The position numbers and the translations under genes were made by a program. A DNA stretch of 44,247 bases from a virus (lineage: Duplodnaviria; Caudoviricetes). This document shows positions 7,626-15,227 of the stretch, in pieces (the stretch's first letter is position 1; every line of letters begins with the position of its first letter). The stretch is taken from the IMG/VR virus record IMGVR_UViG_3300020045_006119, positions 1 to 44,247 of that record; one strand, given 5' to 3'. Under the pieces are notes generated by a model. The model did no database searches. It was not told the origin of the DNA and worked only from the letters and a program-made list of their open reading frames with translations.

Positions 7626-8220
7626 ATTCGAATAAACTAATTTGGTTTTCGTGTTTTTTTAAGTTATTAGCAATGGCTCTTTTTTGGTTGGCAATAGCTA
7701 GGTTTTGTCTGTGTGTTTCAGAATGTGGCTTACCCTTCCTAGTCATTGACATTTTTTGTTTTGTTTCAATAGACGCTGTTAATCCTGTTTTTCTAATGCG
7801 AGATAATTCTCTTTGTTCTTTAGTCCAGACTCTATTTTTATTGGACTCGATTCTATTGATCCGTCTTTGTTCAAAATACGTACTATTTAATGTCGATTGC
7901 CTCATTTTTTCACGAGTCGCTAATGAAATAGTTTTATTCAGACCTCCCGTTGTTAAATTATATCCATGTGGGGCTAGTGTGTTGTGAATAAAAATATAAA
8001 ACTTTTCCCAGTCGTTTGCTTCGTCAACACTTATGTTTTCAATAAGTATTTCATGAGTAAAATTATCCCATCCATATTTTTTGATAGCCAAAGCAAAAGC
8101 CGAGCATTTTGTCCTATTGCTTTTATGCTCTATGTTACGTTTATAAAGGTTTTTAGTTTGCCCAATATAACTTTTACCACTTGGACTTGTGTGCTTATAA
8201 ACACAATATTGATTGTTCAT
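7615..8220 (-). CDS. Free-standing GIY-YIG homing endonuclease with NUMOD3-like repeats
   Basis: CVYKH...YIGQT..R..H...E...GYN catalytic pattern; ETKQKMS and HSETHR repeats; AT-rich; opposite strand to the late operon. Confidence 0.9.
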   Translation of the reverse strand: MNNQYCVYKHTSPSGKSYIGQTKNLYKRNIEHKSNRTKCSAFALAIKKYGWDNFTHEILIENISVDEANDWEKFYIFIHNTLAPHGYNLTTGGLNKTISLATREKMRQSTLNSTYFEQRRINRIESNKNRVWTKEQRELSRIRKTGLTASIETKQKMSMTRKGKPHSETHRQNLAIANQKRAIANNLKKHENQISLFEFIV

Positions 8221-8315
8221 TGTCGATTCCTTAAATCAACCCTTAGAAGAATGACAGCAATTAGTAAGGTTCTAACTTTCGGATTGCAAGCCTAGCTGTC
8301 AGTGCCATTATAACA
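8221..8315 (-). promoter_or_regulatory. Extended -10 promoter plus structured leader RNA (three-way junction, anti-SD loop)
   Basis: TGTTATAAT, then TGACAGC-TAG-...-GAAA-GTTAG(AACCTTA)CTAAT-T-GCTGTCA, then TAAGG twice before ATG. Confidence 0.6.
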
Positions 8316-8366
8316 TTATTGCCAAGCCCAAGGAATAGCCCTGACCACCAAATTAAAATAGGAACA

Positions 8367-8474
8367 ATGCCAGACCTAACCAGACACCCATGCTTTATAG
8401 AAGCAGTACACAACGCCTATCTATTAGGCGCGATAACCAAGCAACAAAGAAATGAACTTTTAAGCCCTGCATAG
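8367..8474 (+). CDS. Hypothetical peptide (35 aa)
   Basis: SD AGGA; MPDLTRHPCF...ELLSPA; ends inside a terminator. Confidence 0.35.
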   Translation: MPDLTRHPCFIEAVHNAYLLGAITKQQRNELLSPA

Positions 8475-8485
8475 TCGGGGCTTTT
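8462..8485 (+). terminator. Intrinsic terminator
   Basis: AAGCCCTG-CATAGT-CGGGGCTTTT. Confidence 0.65.
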
Positions 8486-8486
8486 G

Positions 8487-8602
8487 TGTTATAATAAACT
8501 CAGTTTTTGAAGTACGCCGTAGCAGGACTTAATTCAAAAACTATGTTTTTACTTTGAACCCGTTCACGCTTTGACTGCTACTCAAAGTATTGCGGGTTTT
8601 TT
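8487..8602 (+). promoter_or_regulatory. Promoter plus kissing-loop attenuator leader (copy A)
   Basis: TGTTATAAT; hairpin with GTAGCAG (8519-8525); terminator hairpin with loop CTGCTAC (8575-8581) and T6. Confidence 0.65.
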
Positions 8603-8616
8603 GTTGGGAATTTGAA

Positions 8617-8799
8617 ATGAAAACAATTGTAATTGACGGTGTATCCGTTCTATTAGCCCCATTAAGCACTAATACCTTAATGTCATTAGCAGAAGTATTT
8701 CTTATTATGGCAAAAACTGGAGAATCCTCCGTAACAACAAAAATTAATATGCAGGCAATTTCTAATGAATTAGGAATAAGAGCGGTCGAACTATCATGA
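8617..8799 (+). CDS. Hypothetical protein (60 aa)
   Basis: ATG 8617 after GGGAA; ATGA overlap with the KilA-N gene. Confidence 0.6.
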   Translation: MKTIVIDGVSVLLAPLSTNTLMSLAEVFLIMAKTGESSVTTKINMQAISNELGIRAVELS

Positions 8800-9449
8800 A
8801 AAACTTACTTATTGGCGAGTTAAGTATTCGTTATTTTGAAGATGGTCTTTATCATCTTTCTGATGTCCATAAATTGAGTGGGCATGACCAAAAGCACCGA
8901 CCAAAGTATTGGTTAGATACTCAACACGCAAAAGAATATATTAATTTCTTAACACAATTATCATTTGAAAGCAAAGGCGGTATTCCGCCTTTGCGAGTTA
9001 TTAGAGGAACATCAAAAGCAGGAACTTATGCAAGTGAAGAGCTAGTTTTAACTTATGCAATGTGGTGCAGTGTAAAAACACACCACATAATGATAACCGC
9101 CATAAAAGAATTAAATTCAGCAACAACCACACAAGAATTAAACGACTTGAAATTTAAGTACGATAATTCAGTGCAAACAGACCTATTTACAAAGCACCAA
9201 CAGCCGCGTGATAAAAATACGCTTCAGGTTATTTTAGGCTTAACTCCATTTCAGGCTGAACAATTCCATAACGAATTAATTTGTGATGGTCTACTAGAGA
9301 AAATAGGCAGTAAGACAATCACACAGCGCATACTTGGCACGACACCGATTAATAAAATGGTCATTGGGCAGAAAGGCGATACATTATTATGGGATGCCGA
9401 AGCGTTGAAACAATACTTTGGCGATAAACAAACTGACTGGACAATTTAA
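8796..9449 (+). CDS. KilA-N domain DNA-binding protein (antirepressor-like), possible KilA-C/ANT-like C-terminus
   Basis: G.Y.LSD.HK.SG....HRP.YWL, IRG....GTY..EELV..YAMW.S motifs. Confidence 0.85.
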   Translation: MKNLLIGELSIRYFEDGLYHLSDVHKLSGHDQKHRPKYWLDTQHAKEYINFLTQLSFESKGGIPPLRVIRGTSKAGTYASEELVLTYAMWCSVKTHHIMITAIKELNSATTTQELNDLKFKYDNSVQTDLFTKHQQPRDKNTLQVILGLTPFQAEQFHNELICDGLLEKIGSKTITQRILGTTPINKMVIGQKGDTLLWDAEALKQYFGDKQTDWTI

Positions 9450-9450
9450 T

Positions 9451-9648
9451 ATGAAAAACAGTATTCCAGTTTCAATTGAAAACGGAGTTGTTACATTACA
9501 TGGATTTATCAATCCGCCTAATTTAAACAATAAGAGCGGATATAACTATAAATGCCCTGTTACTGGTATGATTGTACACGCAGGGAAAACACCAGAAGAC
9601 GCTGTTAATTATTTAATGAGTATCGGCATTATTGAGAGGTCAAAATGA
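9451..9648 (+). CDS. Hypothetical protein
   Basis: ATG 1 nt after the KilA-N stop; ATGA overlap with the next gene. Confidence 0.6.
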   Translation: MKNSIPVSIENGVVTLHGFINPPNLNNKSGYNYKCPVTGMIVHAGKTPEDAVNYLMSIGIIERSK

Positions 9649-9959
9649 AAAAGTTAATTTTAGCACTGGCACTATTGCCAACACTGGCACAGGCGGAAAT
9701 GCAACAGGTAGCCCCGTGCAAAGACCTTTATTTTGAAAAGGCACATATCCTTGTAGTAGAAGAAATGTGCCATATCAAAGGAAATAATCTTGCTGAAATA
9801 TCGAACAAGATTAAATCCGCTCAATGCCTACCTTTGAGCAAGCATGACATAAGTATGTACTTAGATACTCAGATGGCTATGTTTAACATGATGGATCATG
9901 GCGGATGGTATTGCGAATCCAACGACGCATTTAAAACTGTTGGTGCGGTTAATAATTAG
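9645..9959 (+). CDS. Exported protein with Sec signal peptide and 4 Cys
   Basis: MKKLILALALLPTLAQA signal peptide with AxA site; SD GAGG. Confidence 0.7.
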   Translation: MKKLILALALLPTLAQAEMQQVAPCKDLYFEKAHILVVEEMCHIKGNNLAEISNKIKSAQCLPLSKHDISMYLDTQMAMFNMMDHGGWYCESNDAFKTVGAVNN

Positions 9960-9980
9960 CCCACACCAACCACCGTAGAC

Positions 9981-10006
9981 AAGCCCGCAACGCTGCGGGC
10001 TTTTTT
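9981..10006 (+). terminator. Intrinsic terminator
   Basis: AAGCCCGCA-ACGC-TGCGGGCTTTTTT. Confidence 0.88.
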
Positions 10007-10021
10007 GTGTCTAAAATACAG

Positions 10022-10075
10022 AATGTTATGTTATAACATCACGCATAAAAATAAATGTTATGTTATAACGTAACA
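10022..10075. repeat. Two operator-like palindromic repeats (AATGTTATGTTATAAC x2)
   Basis: 16-bp exact repeat at 10022-10037 and 10054-10069, 32 bp apart. Confidence 0.7.
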
Positions 10076-10079
10076 GGTG

Positions 10080-10184
10080 TATAATCGTGCATAGGGCTAG
10101 ACAAGGACTAATTACCCATGTTGAAAAGTGCCAATACCTGAGCATAGCCCAATTTTTACAGGTAATCTTAAAAAGGTAATTAAG
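10080..10184 (+). promoter_or_regulatory. -10 box plus structured leader RNA (three-way junction, anti-SD loop)
   Basis: TATAAT, then GGGC-TAG-...-GAAAA-GTGC(CAATACCTGA)GCAT-A-GCCC, then CAGGTA and AAGGTA before ATG 10185. Confidence 0.6.
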
Positions 10185-10763
10185 ATGGATTTATATAAAT
10201 TGAGTTTTCCCAATGGAAAATTGTACATTGGCATAACAAGCAAGACGGCAAGACAAAGGTTTAAAGAGCATTGTAACAATACAAAGTATCCCGTGAATCA
10301 CGCCATTAAGAAATACGGTAAAGAAAACGTAAAATTAACGGTACTGGCTACAGTTGATAATTGGGAATTACTGTATTTAGCAGAGCAGGAAGCAATTGAG
10401 AAATTCAATACTAAATCGCCTAATGGGTATAACTTAACCGATGGAGGAATAGGGGTATTAGGGAGAAAGCATTCAGAGGAATCAAAAAAGAAAATGTCTG
10501 AAAGCTCAAAAGGAATTTATCCATCACCAGAAACTAGAGCCAAGTTATCCGCTATACAAAAGAAAAGAATATTTACTGATGAACATAGAATGAAAATATC
10601 TAAGGCAAAAAAAGGAAAGCCTATTCATCAAAATACTATTGATGCTGTTATTTGGGCTCAAACAGGAAGAAAGCATTCAATAGAGCATAGGGAAAAAATA
10701 GCATTAGCCACTATCGGTAAAAAAAGAACTGTTGAGCAAAAAAGAGAAAAAGATGACGGCTAG
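10185..10763 (+). CDS. Free-standing GIY-YIG homing endonuclease with NUMOD3 repeats
   Basis: DLY...YIGIT...RF.EH...E...GYNLTDGG; HSEESKKKMS-type repeats; start placed at ATG 10185 after SD AAGGT. Confidence 0.9.
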   Translation: MDLYKLSFPNGKLYIGITSKTARQRFKEHCNNTKYPVNHAIKKYGKENVKLTVLATVDNWELLYLAEQEAIEKFNTKSPNGYNLTDGGIGVLGRKHSEESKKKMSESSKGIYPSPETRAKLSAIQKKRIFTDEHRMKISKAKKGKPIHQNTIDAVIWAQTGRKHSIEHREKIALATIGKKRTVEQKREKDDG

Positions 10764-11874
10764 AGTAATTGATAACAATGGTTTCATTGAAATAAAAAAT
10801 AACCCTATTTCGCGCTCTGGTATTTTTGAGTATTACGGGTCAGAAATCGATGCACCAAACCCAAACAAATTATATCGAGTTCTACGAAGTCCAGAAGAAC
10901 TAAAAAAAGCAACTCCTCTATTTAATAACAAGCCTGTTGTAACTGGTCATACAATGATTGGAAATGGTCAAACGCCTCCTGAAAAAAAGGGGATAGACGG
11001 AATTGTTAATGATACTTTTTATAAGGATGGTTCTGTTTATGGAACATTAACGCTTTACACAGACCGAATAAAAAAATTCATAGACTCTAAAACAAGAGAA
11101 TTATCAATGGGATATTGGTCAGAATATGAATTTAAAAAAGGAACTTGGCAGGGAAAGCCTTTTGATGCAATACAACGGATAATTGACGGAAATCATTTAG
11201 CTGTTTTAGATGGTGAAGGACGAATGGGAAAAACCGTTGCAGTGCTAGACCGTAAACCACGCTTTAACCCTTTAACAATAACTTTTGATACAAAGGCTAT
11301 AAACATGAATGAAGACGATAACGACGCAGTAGCGACAGAAGACGAAGACGATTTAGAAACGTCCGAAACTGATGCTGTTTACGAAGACGCAGAACACGAA
11401 CAGGACGAAATGCAGACCTTGCAAGCAATCCTTGAAAAAATCAATACGCTTGCGCCGATGGCTGAAAAATTCGCAGCACTGGAAGAACGGGTTAATAAAT
11501 TTTTAGGTGCTGAGGCTGAACCAGAAGCGGTAGAAGACGAATTACCCGCTGAACCAGACAAGGCAAAAGAAGATATGCTCGCCCCGAAAGCCACAGAAGA
11601 CCGTATCGCTAAACGCGTACAGGATGAAATGACGGCTAAACATCGTGCGGTTGAATTTGTCCGTCCGTTAGTTGGCACAGCCGATCACGCCGCGCGTTCA
11701 AGCGGCGAAGTCTGGAAGTATGCAGCGGCAAAACTGGACTTAAAAGGCGATGCAGAAACAGCGGTTAAGGCATTCGCTAAAGCCAAGACACAACAACGAG
11801 CCAGTGCAACACAAGACAGCAAGCCTGTCTCGACCGTTCATAAAGTAAATGGCAAATTTCAAGGAGACATCTAA
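10753..11874 (+). CDS. Prohead protease / scaffold (DUF2213-type)
   Basis: PISRSGIFEY.G.EI, PV..GH, ELSMGY and NHLA...GR.G motifs; acidic scaffold-like C-terminal half. Confidence 0.88.
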   Translation: MTARVIDNNGFIEIKNNPISRSGIFEYYGSEIDAPNPNKLYRVLRSPEELKKATPLFNNKPVVTGHTMIGNGQTPPEKKGIDGIVNDTFYKDGSVYGTLTLYTDRIKKFIDSKTRELSMGYWSEYEFKKGTWQGKPFDAIQRIIDGNHLAVLDGEGRMGKTVAVLDRKPRFNPLTITFDTKAINMNEDDNDAVATEDEDDLETSETDAVYEDAEHEQDEMQTLQAILEKINTLAPMAEKFAALEERVNKFLGAEAEPEAVEDELPAEPDKAKEDMLAPKATEDRIAKRVQDEMTAKHRAVEFVRPLVGTADHAARSSGEVWKYAAAKLDLKGDAETAVKAFAKAKTQQRASATQDSKPVSTVHKVNGKFQGDI

Positions 11875-12368
11875 TGTCTGATTTTCAAACAGCAACACAA
11901 TTTTCACAGCCCGACTTTGTGGCTGGTGAGTTGGATAGAAATATCCCCCACACCGCTAAAGCATTGACGCTAACTACAGCAACGGCTAGCAATATCTTTG
12001 GTCGTGCTTGCTTTACAACCGATAACATCAATATGACTGTGGGCAACCCTAGCGGCGGTATGTTTGCGGGTATTCTGGCACACTCTAAAGAGGTGTTAGG
12101 CGGCACTATTGAGGGCGGCGTTACTAACGTAGCAGGTCAATATACACAGGCAACCGCTATCGATACAGGAGCCGTTAAAGTTCCTGTGACTGGTAATGTG
12201 TCGCTGGGTAATTTCTTGCAAGCGACAAACGCTACGGGAGCGATTACCGCATTTACTGGCAACGTATCGGCTAACTGTACGCAAATCGGCAATGCAATTG
12301 TTGAGCGTATTGTCGGTGATATTGGCAACAACCAAACGGGCGTAGTTGCTCGCATTATCGGTAAATAA
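11874..12368 (+). CDS. Head decoration / minor structural protein
   Basis: Between protease and MCP; FQ......AG motif; SD AAGGAG. Confidence 0.7.
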   Translation: MSDFQTATQFSQPDFVAGELDRNIPHTAKALTLTTATASNIFGRACFTTDNINMTVGNPSGGMFAGILAHSKEVLGGTIEGGVTNVAGQYTQATAIDTGAVKVPVTGNVSLGNFLQATNATGAITAFTGNVSANCTQIGNAIVERIVGDIGNNQTGVVARIIGK

Positions 12369-12380
12369 GGAGCTGATACT

Positions 12381-13547
12381 ATGCAAAATGAATTAACACT
12401 TAACGGTAATAACAGTATTTACGTTTCGCCGCGTGACATGAAAGCCTTTGCACAACGTGCGGCAGCCATTAAAACAATGGATGCTAAAACACAACAAGCG
12501 GCAATCTCTGAATTTGGCTATGGCGGCTATCCTGATGCGTTAAAAACATCGGTTAAATCAGTACGCGCCACAATGGATAGCGCGGCAGTTCCTCAGATTA
12601 GCCCAAGCGCACCCGCACTAAGCCAGTTCTTCCAATTTTGGGAAACAGGCGTTGTCAAGGCGTTTACTGCACCGCGTAAAGCAGAGGAGTTAATGGGTTA
12701 TCATCAATCAGGCTCTTTTGAGACTGATACCGTTATTATTCGCTCACTCGAACAACACGCGGGTGTTGCTCAGTACGGAGATTTAGCCGATGTGCCGCTG
12801 ACTAATTACAATGCCAATTTCCCATTCCGTCATTCTGTGCGTTTTCAGGCTGGCTTAAAAACCACGCACTTAGAAAGTGCGCGTATGGCTACCATTGGCT
12901 TCAATGACCAAGATGAAAAGCGCGAAGCCTTGCGTGTTGCTTTTGAAATCAACGAAAACGCAATTATGTTTTATGGTTTCAACAGTGGTTTAAACCGTAC
13001 CTATGGACTGTTTAACGACCCAAACCTTGAAGCAATCCAAACGCTACCAAACAACGCTGGCAACACATCGGCATTGTGGGCTAACAAAACGTGGGATGAA
13101 AAATACAATGATGTGATTGTGTCCGTAAATCGCCTGATTACCAACACCAAGCAAGCGTTTGACCCGTACACAGAAGCGTTTACATGGGCTATTTCAACCT
13201 ACATCAATACGCATTTGATGGACAGAAACAGTTTAGGCTTAACGCTTAAGCAAGCGATTACCGAAAACTATCCACAAATGCGCATTGTGCCAATTCCTCA
13301 GCTTGACGGTGCAAACGGTGGTGCTGATGTTTGGTATATGTACAAAGACGAAAAGGTCAACGTGGATGTATCAACCGATGACGGCGCGACCATTATCCCG
13401 ATGACACAAACCAGAATGTTTTTAATTAGTTCACTGCCCAACGAGGGCGGCGGTGTTAATGAAAAATACGCTCATTCATGCGCGGGTGTGTTCGTTAAAC
13501 GTCCGCTGTTATTGGTGCGTTATTCTGGCTTTTACACTCAACCTTAA
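12381..13547 (+). CDS. Major capsid protein (DUF2184-type, HK97 fold)
   Basis: YGD....P, N.I.FYG......YGLFNDPNL and AGVFVKRP motifs; SD AAGGAG. Confidence 0.9.
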   Translation: MQNELTLNGNNSIYVSPRDMKAFAQRAAAIKTMDAKTQQAAISEFGYGGYPDALKTSVKSVRATMDSAAVPQISPSAPALSQFFQFWETGVVKAFTAPRKAEELMGYHQSGSFETDTVIIRSLEQHAGVAQYGDLADVPLTNYNANFPFRHSVRFQAGLKTTHLESARMATIGFNDQDEKREALRVAFEINENAIMFYGFNSGLNRTYGLFNDPNLEAIQTLPNNAGNTSALWANKTWDEKYNDVIVSVNRLITNTKQAFDPYTEAFTWAISTYINTHLMDRNSLGLTLKQAITENYPQMRIVPIPQLDGANGGADVWYMYKDEKVNVDVSTDDGATIIPMTQTRMFLISSLPNEGGGVNEKYAHSCAGVFVKRPLLLVRYSGFYTQP

Positions 13548-13557
13548 GGCCTTAATC

Positions 13558-13968
13558 ATGTTTATTGCGAGTACCCTAACTAATCCGCAAAATTACACGC
13601 TGTACGGCGGCCACACTGGTACGGACGTTATTCATAGCGTCCTTATCCAAGGCGGTCACGGCTTAACTAATCGGCACTTGGTCACGCTCGAGGGCGTGAT
13701 TACTAATGTATCGGCTAGTGATTACGACCTGTTACAAAAAAATGAGCTTTTCCAGTATCACGTTAAAAAAGGCTTTTTGAAAGTGACAGATCAGAGCGAC
13801 CCATTAAAAGCTGTTTCTGATATGGAGGCGCGGGATGAATGCGCCCCGATGACGCAAAACGATGTGGATGTGTTGATTGATGAAAATATCAATGACAAAT
13901 CGCCAAACGTGAATGTTGAATTAACATTCGACAACGGACAACCTGAAAAAAAGCGCAGTAGAAACTAA
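13558..13968 (+). CDS. Virion-associated hypothetical protein
   Basis: STL...Q.Y..Y...V.I.GG.G...T.EGV.T..N.LFQ.H...GF pattern typical of the gene after MCP in this group. Confidence 0.7.
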   Translation: MFIASTLTNPQNYTLYGGHTGTDVIHSVLIQGGHGLTNRHLVTLEGVITNVSASDYDLLQKNELFQYHVKKGFLKVTDQSDPLKAVSDMEARDECAPMTQNDVDVLIDENINDKSPNVNVELTFDNGQPEKKRSRN

Positions 13969-14411
13969 TGGCTACCATACTCTTTGACGCGGCAATATTC
14001 AGAATCCAATGCCCACTTTACGCAAATTTCACGACTTATCCAGACGCGACTATTTTAAATTGGTGGACTGTTGGCAGTGATTATATAAGCGTTGATGATT
14101 ATGGATTGCTTAAAGGCAATAGCCGTATTTTGGCACTCAATTTAATGGCGGCTCACTTGCTGTATTTGTCTGACAAGATAGCAAGTGGCGCGGCAACGGG
14201 CATTTTAACGAGTGCAAGCGAGGGCAGCGTTTCTATTGGCATTGCACCGCCACCGTTTAAATCAATGTTTCAAGCGTGGCTTGCAGAATCGCCATACGGC
14301 AAACAGCTTTACGCCTTGCTATCGGTTAAATCAGCATTCGGTCTTTATGTTGGTGGCAGTGGTGTAACGGGCAATATCCGCAATCCAGACGGAACTTTTA
14401 ACAATGTCTAG
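13968..14411 (+). CDS. Head-tail adaptor (DUF4054-type)
   Basis: FR...P.......PD, L.AHL, SASEGSVS and SPYGKQ motifs. Confidence 0.85.
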   Translation: MATILFDAAIFRIQCPLYANFTTYPDATILNWWTVGSDYISVDDYGLLKGNSRILALNLMAAHLLYLSDKIASGAATGILTSASEGSVSIGIAPPPFKSMFQAWLAESPYGKQLYALLSVKSAFGLYVGGSGVTGNIRNPDGTFNNV

Positions 14412-14859
14412 CGCACTGTTTGACAGGCTTATTCAGATTGCCAACGACTTGGAAAATAAGCAAGTTAAGGCCGGCTTTCTTGAGTCGTCTGTTTATCCAG
14501 ACGGGCAGTCAGTGGCGTCTGTGGCGGCAATAAATGAATACGGTTGCCCTGATAAAAACATACCCGCGCGTCCGTTTATGCGTCCTACCGTAGCCGATAA
14601 AAAAGGCGAATGGGTAGGGATTGTAAACGGGTTAATAAGGCAGGGTATGCAGTCGGGCGTTATGCCTGACGTGCTGGAAACCGTAGGATTAGCGATGCAA
14701 GGCGATATTGTACAAGCCATAGCCGACGTAAAGATTCCAGAGTTAAGCGACAGAACACTTGCGGCGAGACGTAAACGTGGCAACGGTAGTAGTAAGCCAT
14801 TAAACGATACTGGTTACATGATTGCATCGGTGCAGTCCGTTGTAAGTGAGCGCGACTAA
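14404..14859 (+). CDS. Neck / tail-completion protein
   Basis: VA.INEYG....IPARPFMRPT and KPL.DTG.M..S motifs. Confidence 0.8.
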   Translation: MSSALFDRLIQIANDLENKQVKAGFLESSVYPDGQSVASVAAINEYGCPDKNIPARPFMRPTVADKKGEWVGIVNGLIRQGMQSGVMPDVLETVGLAMQGDIVQAIADVKIPELSDRTLAARRKRGNGSSKPLNDTGYMIASVQSVVSERD

Positions 14860-15227
14860 TGGATATTTTTGGCATGGCTCGCGCGGCAACGGCAATTATT
14901 AACCCTCCTGTATTGGCTACAATAAGCAGGTCAAGCGGCTATACAACAGCGACCGACGGAACACGCACACCAGCCTATACGACCATCACGGGCATTAAAG
15001 CCGATGTGCAGCCGATGACCGCGCAGGATTTGCACCAAGTTGACGGGCTTAACATGGGTGGCGAAAAAGTGACCATCTTTTTAAGTGGTGAACTGTTGGG
15101 CGTGTTGCGTACAGGGCAAAATGGCGGCGATATTGTTCAACTGCCAAACGGTAAAAAATACCTTGTTGTACTGGTTTTGGAGCAGTGGCAAGGGTGGGTA
15201 AAAGTAGCAGGGGTATTGCAATTATGA
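14859..15227 (+). CDS. Head closure / head-tail connector protein
   Basis: Position; VQP....L, GGD and E.W..W motifs. Confidence 0.7.
   Translation: MDIFGMARAATAIINPPVLATISRSSGYTTATDGTRTPAYTTITGIKADVQPMTAQDLHQVDGLNMGGEKVTIFLSGELLGVLRTGQNGGDIVQLPNGKKYLVVLVLEQWQGWVKVAGVLQL

Noticed and set aside
7627-7650. Beta-clamp binding motif QISLF at the GIY-YIG C-terminus (and QTDLF in the KilA-N protein)
   Set aside because: A perfect QLDLF also occurs in the structural tail terminator, so such short matches arise by chance here; unsupported without conservation data.
7622-8295. Plus-strand ORFs 7622-7987 and 7984-8295 as membrane proteins
   Set aside because: They are antisense shadows of the Lys/Asn-rich GIY-YIG gene, which makes them hydrophobic; no convincing RBS.
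10128-10184. ORF-track upstream starts (10128, also 8590, 30553, 36660, 42363, 43529)
   Set aside because: They fall inside promoters, leader structures or upstream genes; downstream starts have SDs.
7615-10763. Group I introns housing the GIY-YIG genes
   Set aside because: The flanking head genes have complete motif sets in single ORFs and I see no intron core; the endonucleases look free-standing.
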